From: Vicugna vicugna
Lineage: Eukaryota
DNA: 64,000 bases
Direction: 5' to 3'
Assembly: GCA_013265495.1 (NCBI GenBank)
Contig: MU058221.1
Location: 3,846,001-3,910,000 of the forward strand
Below are positions 39,001 to 51,129 of the stretch, in pieces (within the stretch, counting starts at the first letter, position 1; each line of letters starts with the position of its first letter). The notes beneath the pieces were generated by a model. That model made no database searches. It was not told the DNA's origin and worked only from the letters and a program-made list of their open reading frames with translations. The position numbers and the translations under genes were made by a program.

Positions 39001-39606
39001 TTGGGCTGACACCGGCCTGCTGATAAATGATCTCAGTATTTGTTTTCTAGGAAATCACATTCAAAATCAATGTGGAATTTTGTATCTGTTCTGCTTTGTA
39101 AACTTCTAATCGGTAAAACTCCCTTAAATGGGGCGAACTGAATTTGCATGCAGACTGTAAGCCTGTAGGGTGGGTGAGAAGCTGACACTCTCTGCGTCAC
39201 GGTGACCTGCTTCGGCTTTTATGTGTCTGTCTCTGACGGTCCTACATAACCGTGGGGTGAGGGGCAAAAGATGTGCAGAACTGCAGAGCTGCTGCTCCTC
39301 CTAGAGAAACTGAAGTCTATCTGACGCTTCTTCAGTCCTTTCCTTCTTCCATAAAACGAAGTCAGTGCCGCATCAGATTGAAGCCTCCTTGTGTCTGATG
39401 AGTCTGAGTGTGTATTCTGACCCACAGCAGTTGCTGAATAAATTCAGAGCTTATTCAAATGTTGCTGCAACATGGATTAACAATATGACAGAGCTTAAAA
39501 ATTGTTGAGGCAAATAAAACTTTAAGACTCATGAAGGCCTGTTCTTGTAAGTTTTTAACCAAGGTTTTAACCAAACAGACCCCTAATAAGCATAGCTTTT
39601 TCCCTC

Positions 39607-40001
39607 TGCATTAGTTTGCCCAGGCTACCATTACAACATACTGCGAACAATGGAAAAATAATATCTCACAGTTATGAAGGCTAGAAGTTCAAAATCAAGG
39701 TGTCCACAGGTTTGGTTTCTCCTCAGGCCTCTCTCTCCGGCTTGCAGATGGCAGCCTTCTCACTGCGTCTTCACATGGCCTTTCCTTTGTGCAGAACATT
39801 CTTGGGTTCTCTTTGTGTACCCAGATGCCCTCTTCTTATAAGGACATGAGGCAGATTGGACAAAGACCCACCCTAATGGCCTCATTTTATCTTCATCACC
39901 GTAGTAATGGCCGTGTCTCCAGATGCACTTACTGTCTGAGGTTTCAGGCGTTAAGAGTTTTAACATACAAATCTGGGAAGCACGCAGTTGAGCCCATAAG
40001 A
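39607..40001 (-). mobile_element. MaLR solo LTR, MLT1A/MLT1B-like
   Basis: TGCATTAGTTTGCCCAGGCT...AATCAAGGTGTC...TCTTCTTATAAGGACA...AGCCCATAAGA; near-TSD CCCTC/CGCTC. Confidence 0.9.
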
Positions 40002-40292
40002 CGCTCTATGTGTTGACGCCTAGAATGGATGACTATAACAGAAAAGCAATACAAAGGATAGGATATTAGCTACAGTAAGCTTAAAAAAAAAGCGTTTTTT
40101 CAAAGAAACATTAAAAAGATTTTTATAGCTAGAGAAGAATAAGGTATTAGGTCAAGCCATATAAAACTGCCATATTTATAGCTCAAAATTTTTAATTACT
40201 TATGTTACTTTGGGGACTGCTAGACCAGAGGACAGAAATAAAGGTTCATTAAATAATATATTGTTAATAAGAGAAGAGTTGTTCTAAACTTT

Positions 40293-41394
40293 GATCAAGA
40301 TGGTGGAGTAAGAGAACACAGAACTCAGCTCAAAAATACACCTACATGTGGAACAATTCTCACTGAAAACTAACTGGAGACTGACAGAAAGACTCCTATA
40401 AGACCAAACCTATAAGAAAGTGTCACACAGAATCAAGTAGAAGTGGAAGAGAAGAGATCAGGTTGGTACTTCTGCCCCTGAACTCGTAACAAAAACTATC
40501 CCAGCAAACAAATACCCAGGACCGGTTTCACAGGGGAATTCTACCAAACATGTAAAGAGCGACTATCTAAACTTTTCAGCTATTCCAAAAAATTAAAGAG
40601 AATGGAACACCCCTAAATACATATTACGGGTCACAGTTACCCTGATAACTAAAACCAAACTAAGACAATACAAAAAAAAATGAAATTAGAGGCCAGTATC
40701 ACTAATGAATACAGATGCAAAACTCCTCAACAAAATACTAGCAAAATGAGTTTCATAATATATAAAAAGGATCATACATCATAATCAAGTGAGTTTTATT
40801 CAAGAGGTGCAAGGATGGGTCAGTATTCACAAATCAGCCAATCTGATACATCAAATTAACAAAAGGAAGGATAAAAATCATATGATCATCTCAACAGACA
40901 GAAAAAGCATTTGACAAAATTTGACATCCATTTATAATAAAAAAGAACTTGAGAAATTGGGTAGAGAGGGAATGTATCTCAACGTAATAAATGCCATTGA
41001 TGACAAACCTACAGCTAACATCATACTCAAGGGTGAAAAATTAACATCCTTTCCTCTAAAATCAAGAACAAGACAAGGATGCCAACGCTCACCATTTCTA
41101 CTTAATATATTATTGGAAGTCCTAGCCACAGCAGTCAGGTGAGAAACAGAAATAAAAGGCATCTAAATTGGAATGGAAAAAGTAAAACTCTCACTATTTA
41201 CAGATGACGTGATACCTTATATAGAAAACCCTAAAGTTTCCACACACACAAAAAAAACCTATTAGAATAAATGAATTCATTCAAGTTTCAGGATACAAGA
41301 TTAATATACAGAAACCTATTGCTTTCCTACACAGTAATAATGGACTATCAGGAAGAGAAACTAAAAGGGAAATCCCATTTAAAATTGCATAAAT
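40293..41394 (+). mobile_element. LINE-1 with about 190 bp of 5' UTR fused directly to the ORF2 reverse-transcriptase region (degenerate)
   Basis: GATCAAGATGGTGGAGTAAG start, jump at about 40480 into ORF2; ORF 40921-41142 encodes [41 protein letters not shown] (L1 RT); TTTACAGATGAC corresponds to a degenerate FADD motif. Confidence 0.92.
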
Positions 41395-42064
41395 TTGAGA
41401 CTAGGAATAGACTTACCATGTGACTCAGGAATCCCGCTCCTGGGCATATATCCAGAAGGGACCCTACTTCAAAAAGACACCTGCACCCCAATGTTCATGG
41501 CAGCACTATTTACAATAGCCAAGACATGGAGACAGCCTAAATGTCCATCAACAGATGACTGGATGAAGAAGCTGTGGTATATTTTTACAATGGAATACTA
41601 TTCAGCCATAAAAACCGACAGCATAACACCATTTGCAGCAACATGAATGTTCCTGGAGAATGTCATTCTAAGTGAAGTAAGCCAGAAAGAGAAAGAAAAA
41701 TACCATATGAGATCACTCATATGTGGAATCTAAAAACAACAACANNNNNNNNNNNNNNNNNNNNNNNNNNNNNNNNNNNNNNNNNNNNNNNNNNNNNNNN
41801 NNNNNNNNNNNNNNNNNNNNNNNNNNNNNNNNNNNNNNNNNNNNNNNNNNNNNNNNNNNNNNNNNNNNNNNNNNNNNNNNNNNNNNNNNNNNNNNNACAG
41901 GGAAATCAGGATCTTGTGGGGGCTCACAGCAAAAGAGAATGTGACAATGAATGTATGTATGTTCATGTATAACTGAAAAATTGTGCTGTACACTGGAATT
42001 TGACACAACATTGTAAAATAACTATAACTCAATAAAAAATGTTTATATAAAAATTTTTAAAAAA
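41395..42064 (+). mobile_element. Younger camelid-type L1 3' fragment nested in the older L1; contains an assembly gap
   Basis: ORF 41395-41646 is the ORF2 C-terminus (IPLLGIYP...CTPMFMAALFTIAKTW.QPKCPSTDDW); AATAAA and A tail; TSD TAAAATTGCAT(A/G)AAT at 41380-41394 and 42065-42079. Confidence 0.92.
41745..41896. other. Assembly gap (152 N)
   Basis: Run of N. Confidence 1.
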
Positions 42065-42079
42065 TAAAATTGCATGAAT

Positions 42080-43153
42080 CTGTAGACTTTTTAATGATGG
42101 TCATTCTGGCCAATGTGATGTGACACTTCATTGTGGTTTTGATTTGTATTTCTTTAAAAATTAGCCATGTTGAACATCTTTTCATGTGCCTGTTGGCCAT
42201 CTGTATATATTCTTCAAAGAATTGTCTATTTAGCTCTTCTGCTCATTTTTTGATTAAATTGTTTTTTTTTTAATATTGAGCTGTGTGAGCTGTTTATATA
42301 TTTTTGAAATTAGTCCCTTGTTAGTTACATCATTTGCATATGTTTTCTTCCACTCAATAGGTTGTCTTTTCATTTTGCTTATGAGATCCTTTGCCGTGCA
42401 AAAGCTTTTAAGTTTAATTAGATCTCATTTATTTTTGCTTTTATTCCCATTATTCTAGGAGATGGTTCCAAAAGAAATATTACTGGGATTTATGTCAAAG
42501 AGTGTTCTGCCTATGTTTTCTTCGAGGAGTTTTATAATATCTGGTCTTATTTTTAGGTCTTTAATCCATTTTGAGTTAATTTTTGCATATGATTTTAGAG
42601 AATGTTCCAATTTCATTTTTTTAACTTTTTTTTATTGATTTATAATCATTTTACAATATTGTGTCAAATTCTAATTTCATTCTTTTACACATAGCTGTCC
42701 AGTTTTCCCAGCACCACTAGTTGAAGTGACTGTCTTTTCTCCATTGTATATTCTTTCTTACTTTGTGGAGGATTAATTGACCATAGATCTGTGGCTTATT
42801 TCTAGTCTCTCTGCTCTATTCCATATGTCTGTTTTTGTGCCAACACCACACGGTTTTGATTACTGTAGCTTTGTAGTGTTGTCTTAAGTCTAGGAAGGCT
42901 CATGCCTCCAGCTTTGTCCTTGTTCGTCAGGATTGCTTTGGCTATTCTGGGTCTTTTGTGGTTCCATATAAATGTTATGGTTTGTTTGTTTTAGGATTTG
43001 TACATTTGTTCTAGTTCTGGGGAAGATGCCATGGGATTTGTTAGGGATCACATCACATCTGTAGGTTGCTTGGGTAGTATGGCCACTTTAATTATATTAA
43101 CACTTCCAGTCCAAGAGCATAGGGGTATCTTTCTGTTTTCTTAAATCATCTTC
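42080..43153 (-). mobile_element. Inverted LINE-1 ORF2 segment
   Basis: Antisense ORF2 (TGTAGACTTTTTAATGATGG...TTTTCATGTGCCTGTTGGCCATCTG...GTCCAGTTTTCCCAGCACC...TTGATTACTGTAGCTTTGTAG). Confidence 0.92.
42618..42672 (-). mobile_element. L1 3'-terminal insertion of about 55 bp with TSD
   Basis: Reverse complement GAATTTGACACAATATTGTAAAATGATTATAAATCAATAAA plus A tail; AATTTCATT at 42609-42617 and 42673-42681. Confidence 0.85.
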
Positions 43154-43157
43154 TCTT

Positions 43158-43276
43158 CAAAAAGTCTACAAGTAATAAAAGCTGGAGAGGGTGTAGAGAA
43201 AAGGGAAGCCTCCCGCTGTTGGTGGGACTGTGGTGTGGTGTAGCCTCCACGGAGAACAGTATGGAGGTTTCACTAA
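43158..43276 (+). mobile_element. LINE-1 ORF2 C-terminal fragment (sense)
   Basis: CAAAAAGTCTACAAGTAATAAAAGCTGGAGAGGGTGTAGAGAAAAGGGAAG...GAGAACAGTATGGAGGTT. Confidence 0.85.
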
Positions 43277-45034
43277 GTCAAACGTTACCTCATTATTATA
43301 ATAATAACTGCTTCTTGGCAAGATTTGTATTCATAAGCTTTTCTTACATTTCATTTAACTATCTTGATACAAGTCTGCAAGGATGATACTTTTAGCCTCA
43401 CTTTAATAATTATAAGAATAAAAGGCTGAAAGATTATGGAAATATGTTACAGAATCACTATTTAAACTCATATGACTGGAACTTCCAACTCCAAGCTCTT
43501 TACTGTACATTCCCTTGTCTCTCACAAAATGAAACACTGGGCAGGGAGTCATGAAACCATAATCTGAAGCAATATTTTGTGAAGTAGTGCTTTGCATATT
43601 GGTGGGCAGCTGGGCTCCAAGTTTGGTCTTCACCATGCAAAAAAAACCGTCATTTTGCCTATGGTTTTCACTTATGCCAATTTAAAACTTTTATTTCCTT
43701 TAAGGTATTTTTCGTAAGAAAGTGTAACTTTAGACTCCTACTGAGCCTTCTACCTGTGGATCTCTCAGTGTATTAAAAAAAATATGTAATAAGTCACTAA
43801 TAAACCATTATTACAGCAGTGTATTTACCATCTAGCATATTCGACGTTTAAATCATTTTTGTAAGGAATAGATGATTATGATACAAAAAGACAAGTCAGT
43901 CATTTCCTGATTGAAAAGAAAATTCCAAATCCGAAATTCATTTAATGAAGAGAGTTCTTTTAGTGATTCTAGAGTTGCCAAGCCATTTCTAACATAGGGT
44001 TAGGCTGGCATTATTATGATAAAGTCCTGTATAACAAAAAAGGAAAGAGTTATGCAGATAGTGAATGCTTTTCAACATAAAAATATAATACTGCTTGTAT
44101 TTTACCTTCAAACTTACATTTTTTTTTCATTTGCAATCAGGAAACATTATTTAATTTAAGATGTCATGTTTCACATGATATACATTTATACAAGCTTTAT
44201 AAAACATTAAATAGAGAGAGGAGATGCAATTTATAATGTAAGGAGGCTGTGCTGTGTAAAGCTTAGCGCAGACATGTGATTTCATTTCCAGGGTGCCCTT
44301 GCCACGCCTCTGTTTCTTAACTGGTTATTATCTGGGCAAAGGTTTTGACCGAAAATAGTACGACTCATTTTATTTTTACAGTGGTGTGAAAAAATAACAT
44401 ACTAAGCGTATGTCATATTTGGATTGTGGCAACGTGTTCTTTCTTTGATTTATTTGTGTTTCTAACTCTAGTCTCTGCACAAAGAACTATTGTGGTGATT
44501 TGCCCTTTTGGTTATAGCTGCAGCTCTCTGTGCAGAAACACAGTGCTCAGGTGTGGGGCACGTGGCTTCATGACCCGTAACTAGTTAAAAGTGGAATCTT
44601 CCATATTCTGACCTCTCACCAAACCTCAATCATGGATGCAGTATACGCAGAATTCATCATCCTTACGTGTTATTTGACTTTCTCCGTATGTTTCCTAAGT
44701 CAGAGAATGTAACCAGAAGAAACAAACACACACACACACAAACGAATTTCATGTTCTTTTCTTCTTCTGTTTTGTTTTGTTTTCCATATAGCTTAGTATT
44801 TTCAGCATGTTTACAGTGAAGAGCTGTTCCTAGGAAGCCTTCAGGTCCGTTTGCAACAAAACGAGAAGGGCAGGAAGGGCATACTGCCCTTTTCAGTGCC
44901 CTTGTGCTAGACTGTGTTAATTCAGGTGTGACCACTGGGATGTGAAAGACGAATTGTTGCTTCAGCCTAGACCCGCAGCCAGAGACGCAGGGACTAGACC
45001 TCAAGGCGATGCCCAACCTGGAGGAGAGTCACCG

Positions 45035-45280
45035 CATGAGACCCCCTGACTCGCGCGCGCTTCACTGAGCCACCGAGAGTGGCGGCTGCACCCGGCCGCG
45101 GCGTCACTGCGGACGGTGACCAGCGCGGCTGTCACCTGGGAGGGCGCCTTGCGTCCCCACCGCGGCCAGCTTTGCCCGCCCCGTGGGCTGTGCGCGGAGC
45201 TGTCAGCCCAGGCACACGGGGAGCGCTTTCTAATACAGAAGCGCATGACAGCACACGCAGCTGGACCCACCGAGTTCTAA
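45035..45280. promoter_or_regulatory. Small CpG-rich island not recognised as a repeat; candidate enhancer or promoter
   Basis: About 240 bp GC-rich with many CpGs (CGCGCGCG, CCGCGG twice) in AT-rich surroundings; GC box GGGGCGGG at about 45340. Confidence 0.45.
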
Positions 45281-46250
45281 GCCTTTGTGCATCTCTTTAA
45301 TGTTGATGAATTTAATGCCACCTGGATGTTGTGACTAAAGGGGCGGGAGTCACCAGCGTCAACCTCCCCACTGACTCGCTTTGCCCAGTATCTGTTTGGT
45401 TCCTATTTTCTTTGCTGAAGACAGGTCTTTAAGTTAACTCAGTCCTACAGCAATGAATTGTGCCCTCTCCTTTGTTTCAGCTGCTGCGCTAGGGATCAGA
45501 GAAAACAAAGAGAAATGAATTGCATTCTGTTTCTTTTCTAGGAGCGCACAGGTTAGTTGTGGAGGAAGAGTTGCAAGAACAGGTATAACTCAGAGACCGT
45601 TATATAAAAGAAATGTGGGACCTTCTGTGGAAACTCATAAACCAGAAAGCCCTCTTAGCTAAAGAGCTGAAGAGTAGGGAACTGCGTGACATACACTGTG
45701 GCCTTTCTAAGCCAGTCAGCCTGGGGCAGAGGAGGTATGAACAAAACCTTGGTGCCGTGAAACCCTGTGACATTTAGGGGCCCTTCGTGTAACTGGCTGT
45801 TTCTGGAATTAGGATATGGTGCGTGAAGGGACTTAGAACGGGCAGTAGGGGTTCCTTCAAGAAGACGGACCAAAGCATGAAGGGTTTTCTTCTTCTGATA
45901 ATTGGGAAAATAGGCAAAGGAGATTTTTTTAAATATAATACATTTATTAAAAACCTTTAAATGGGAGGAAAGAGTGAAGAGGGTCCCATTTAATTTATGA
46001 TGTTTTGAAAGAAGACCTAGAGCCGAGGGATGGTTGCGTCAAGAAAATCGTCTGCGAGATTGTTGGCATGAGCCGTGTCTCAGCACTGAAGGTGAAATGA
46101 CATGAGGAACAGAGACAGGCAGAGCCCAAGGGCTTGTGCGATGTGATGTGATGGCAGTACCTTGTGATTAATGAGACGCAGTAGATGAAGAAGGGACTGA
46201 ATCACGAATGAGAACTTTGACGTTTCTCTCTGAGCCAGCGGATGGACCAG

Positions 46251-46646
46251 CGTATCAGACTTCTGGACCTGCCGTGACTGTGCCAAAGGCTGGGTGGTTT
46301 AAACGACAGAAATGTACTTTCTCGTAGTCCTGGGGTCTAGAGGTCCAAAATCAAGGTGTCTCCAGGGTTGGTTTCCTCTGAGGCCTCCTTCCTTGGCTGG
46401 TGTGTGACTCTTCTCTTTCTGCTCCTTCAGATGCAGGACTGCCTCTGGGATCTCTCAAGTGTGTCCTGATATCCTGTTCTTAGAAGACACCAATCAGATT
46501 GGATAAGGGAAGACCCTAAGGGCCTCGGGGTAAATTTAATATGCCTTTAAAGGCCCAATCTCTAAACACAGTCATATTTTGAGGTGCTAGGGGTTAGGAT
46601 TTCAAAACATGAATTTGGGGGTGGGGACCCCACTCAGTCCATAATA
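46251..46646 (-). mobile_element. MaLR solo LTR, MLT1A/MLT1B-like
   Basis: CTGGGTGGTTTAAACGACAGAAATG...AATCAAGGTGTC...CAGTCATATTTTGAGGTGCTAGGGGTTAGGATTTCAA...TCAGTCCATAATA. Confidence 0.88.
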
Positions 46647-48944
46647 GATAATGATGTGGTACCATAAGCCAGGGCCCACAAAAAGAATTACAGTCATTTT
46701 TTAGAGAGGAACTGTGACGCAGGACTCTCTAATACTACATATGAAAATTCCAAATAGGCCAGGTATGGCGGATAGATACAGCTCTGAAGACAGGGAGTAC
46801 GGTAAGGACTGATGGGAGTCAACAGCCGCTGTGGCTTGAATCCATGAGAATTTAAGTTAATGTTTCAGTAAAGACAGAATCCTGGTGAGTAGCGTAATGG
46901 GCCAAGGAAAATAGATGGACTCACATGAACGTGCAATACGGTTGGGCGTAAGCTAGCTGTGTGGTACGGGTTAGCCATCAGCGAGCTCCAGGAGAAGCAT
47001 CATTAGAAGCAAAGCAGCTCGTGCGCCAGTTTGCACGGGCCGTGTCACTTCCATTTTCACATTTTCAGCTCTGGACACACTGTATTTTAAGGGGAGAACA
47101 GAGAGGTATAACTATCCAAAACATGAATGTATCCACTTTCACTCAACCAATAGATACTTAATTTCATTAAACAAGTATTAGTATTAACGCCAGATGCTGC
47201 ACGCCATTTTTAATAACCAAGCTCTCTAGGAGTTTACAGTATAAAGATAGAAGGGCCATTAATCACCACATCCCATGGCTAAATGTGAAATTACATTGCG
47301 ACAAAGGGTGTAAATAAGAAATACATGTTGTGAGGGGTTATACGAGAGGGATTAATCTTAGGGAGATCGGAGAAGTCTTCCCCAAAGAAATATATATAAT
47401 AAAATATATGTATTTATATTACTCTATGTTCCTCTTGATTTTGCGTCTCAAATTCAGCTCTCAGATGCACTCACACACACACACACATACATACATCTTG
47501 CATAAGGAACATTGAAGGAATTAGGAATGTTCCATTTCCGGAAGAGACTATTCCAATATACATATTTTCTGTTTTAAATAATTGACAAACTTTCTTCTCA
47601 AAGAGTCTTCCTATTTGTTAGTTTTTATATTTCCAAAAGGGTGATGTGATAACAAAGATAATTGTTTAAAAGGCCCCCTAATCTATGCCAAGTGACTTTT
47701 AGAGAAGGCGGGGGATCAGGGTAAACCAACCAGTTATCAACTCTGCAAATGCCTCTTAAAAATTATCCAGCCAACCCTCTGTCTTCTCTCCTTTCTTCCA
47801 ATCTTGGTTTCACAATATGTTGTCAACCCAGCAGGATTCTCATATGCAATCAAAGCAGACAGGTGCTGTCTGGAGAAATCAGAAAGACCTTGATGACAGA
47901 TAGAATAATTTCCCCACAGTTGCTTGAAAAAAATTAATGCTTCCCTTGCTCAAAATGCCTGTATGGTACCGCGCCTGGGAGGATGGGGTAGTTGAAAATG
48001 CAAAAAAAAAAATAAGATACACTAGCATCAAAATTGTCTTGACCATAGCACAACGCTGTTCAGTAACAAAGCAGTTATCTGTCTTGTCCAGGTTAAATAA
48101 AACATCAATTGCTCCAATGAAATATGCTTAAGAAATGAGTTTATTTATGGACGTGCACTGGCAATTTTAGTCACCAATATAAATGCAATACATTTCAGTT
48201 AGAAACAGACCGCGTATCAGAAAGCATCCTGAGAGTCTGATAAGCAAGGCCGCGGTGGGGAGAAATATGTAAAAAAAGTTGGTGATGGATTAACGGAGGC
48301 AGCAGACTTTGTTTCTGGCACAGGGAAGGAGGTGCGATGCGGGAAGAAAAAAATGAGGCAGAATGAATTGTTCTGTGCATGGGAAGGCACTCTTTCTGTA
48401 ATTCGCTGTGCTTTACATTCATGAGACGAGGCTCCTGAGGAAGCTTGTGGATACTTGTGGGTGGAAAATATATGTTTATAAGCTGGTTTTGACAAATACA
48501 TCAAATGGGCTGGAAAATACAAAACAAAGCAAAATTTAGCTGTAACAGTAAAGAATACAGAAAGCACTCTGCTTTTAAAATGATTATAATATATTTGGGA
48601 CACCAGGAAGCTGAAAGTAGAGTTGCTTAAAGGTTAAATAAGGTAAGGTTGAGATTTCTTTTGTTACTCAAGTCTCCCAAAGACTAAAATGTCATGAGTG
48701 ACAGCTCACCCCTGAGAATAAAAGGAGGCACCACGTCAACTGCTAATTTATTCCTGGAGCAGATTTTCTCAAGGTACCTTGGATTCCAGAAGGGGTCCTC
48801 TGGATTTTGACACCAGTCGAGGGACCTGGAAGGGGAAAGAGGTCCTTTGGGAGAGAATGTCTGGGAGAGCCTGTGTCCAGCTTTGACTGTCTTGTCCGTG
48901 TGCTCGTATCTATTCATGAAATTTGAAGATGAATGCGAGCAGGT

Positions 48945-49056
48945 AGGGTGGGCAGCTTTGCCCAGCTGTCCAGGCTGTCCCCTGTTTTAGGACTGAAGGC
49001 CCCACAGTTTGGGTGTCTCCTAAAATCCAGAGAACATTGGTCAGTTGGTTCTCCTT
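48945..49056. mobile_element. MER94-like (hAT-Blackjack) element
   Basis: AGGGTG...GTTTTAGGACTGAAGGCCCCAC...CAGTTGGTTCTCCTT with degenerate terminal inverted repeats. Confidence 0.6.
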
Positions 49057-50303
49057 GAGATATCAGGGATTGGCATTTTCTCCCCAGCTACAGCTGGCTG
49101 AGCGTCAGGACTCGCAGGCAGACCCTGGTACCACTCGCTGTTAAGTAAAAGGCCATGGGATGGAGGCAGTGCTCACTGAACTGGGAAAAGCATTAAGTTT
49201 TCCAAAAAAAATTGCTATGCTTTATGTGGGGAAGCTCCTTATTGCTTGTGGGTTTAGGGACTTCTGTAGTAAATAGGAGATGGGGAAGTATGTCATGACT
49301 GCCACTACCTTCTCAGTTAGGACTGTCTACCAGGTAATGAGGCCCAGGTGAGAAATTCTGAAATGGATAACTCAATAGAGACGGGGGTGGTAGCTATGCT
49401 TCTGTCGAATTCCTGACTTCAGAAACTATAGAAGGTTGTTCGGTGGAGACCCAAAGACCAACAGCTTCAGCACGCAGACCCAAACAGCCCTCATTGCTGC
49501 TCAGATTGAGGGGATTAGCAACTGGCAAAGGCAGAGGCAGACGGTTTCTAGCATCCTTAGATGCAGATTGGGTGTAGGCACCAAAACCTGATGCTGGCGG
49601 AGAGGCAGTATGGGAGCAGCCATAGAACGTCCTATTCCTTCCAGTATGCCCTCCGGCAGGACTTAAGCAGATAAAATCCTCTCGCTTCTGGCAATGGGCA
49701 GAGGGGAAACCTTCGCAGGGTGGAACTGAAGGGAGATGAGACTGAGTGAGTGTTGGAGCCATGATGTTTCGAAGCCAACCCCAATGGAGATGGGTAAATG
49801 GCAGTAGCCGAAATAGCAATCATTGCACTAAAGTTGCCCGTGATTGGATTTGCTCCACAGAGTAACTGATGGCAAAATAAGGCTGATTTGTAAGACAGAC
49901 AAGGGAAGATTTGGGGATAGGAAATATTTGTGGTTCAATATTACCACAGGGTGATCCTTCGAGAAGAGAGTCGTTTGATTTTTCTTTTCCACTAAAGATT
50001 GACTTGAATAATGCATGATTTGCATGCCTTCCTGGAGAGAGGCGTCTCACCTGGCCTGTGAGCCAAAGCTGATTAGATCACGTGGTGCCCCTCACGGTGG
50101 GCTCATTCTCCAAAGTCTTGCTTGCGGCATACTAATAGGGTGAGAATGTTAACAGTTACTCAAAAGCAATCCCCAGTGCTCAGCTCTCCGTGTCTTCCTG
50201 GAATGACAAAAAGAATGTGGAGTCGGTGTCTTGTATAGCCAGAGGCAAATAGGGAATCAAAGGCAGGCAGGAACGTTTCTTATTAAAACACAATATCCTT
50301 GTC

Positions 50304-50738
50304 TGCACTGACTTGTCAACCACTAAGCCAAAGAGGAAGGAATGCACGCAGAGATGTTCAAGTCACATAGTTCAGAGCAAACGGCTTCTAAGGTAGCTGA
50401 ACTAATTATACATTAAAAACTAAGATGGACAGAAAAGATGGGATATTGAACACTTGCAAAGAAAATTGAAAGACTAAATAAGGAAGATACAATGCAAGAT
50501 GGTAGAGGGGAGATACTGAGAAAGAATCCAGGAGATCGGACGTTAAGAAGTGAAGGATGACTGAAACATGAAACAAAGCAGTTGGGAAAGGCTTGTTCAG
50601 CCCGTGAAAGTGGATGTTAATGGTGGGGGTGTCTTGCTCAAAGAACTGCCCCAGTACGAAAGATGGCATGTTCTTGTTTTTCCATTGTGATTATGATTTT
50701 TTCTTCCTCTTTGGCTTAGTGGTTGACAAGTCAGTGCA
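50304..50738. repeat. Perfect 36-bp inverted repeat with 363-bp spacer
   Basis: TGCACTGACTTGTCAACCACTAAGCCAAAGAGGAAG (50304-50339) is the exact reverse complement of 50703-50738. Confidence 0.97.
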
Positions 50739-50819
50739 TCCACTAAGAACCAATAATGTCAACTGGAATTCTTCTCTTTATTCTATTCCCACCATAGGGA
50801 AGTAGAAAAAGTATTACTT

Positions 50820-51025
50820 CCAGAGTTTGAAGTCGTGGGCTCCAGTCTTGACCATGTGTCCAATGTGTATGGCCTTAGATCATTCGTATAAGACTTCAGA
50901 ATTTCAATTTCGTTGCCAATGGAATGGTAGAAAAATTATGTGTGTTTTAAGAAAAGTAAAATGTAATGACATGTAAGAAAGCACTTTAAAAGTTGCTGAG
51001 AAGATTCTACATTTAAGACATGAAC
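50820..51025 (+). mobile_element. MIR-family SINE, degraded
   Basis: TGGGCTCCAGTCTTGAC...TGTGTATGGCCTTAG...AAATGTAATGACATGTAAGAAAGCACTTT. Confidence 0.5.
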
Positions 51026-51129
51026 GTTAATCATTCTATTTCCTTTTTCACAACCTTCCAAATTCTCATTCTGGACTGCTGGGAGCTGATGGTTGAAGCT
51101 ACCACGCTCACTTTGTTATTTTATGTAAA

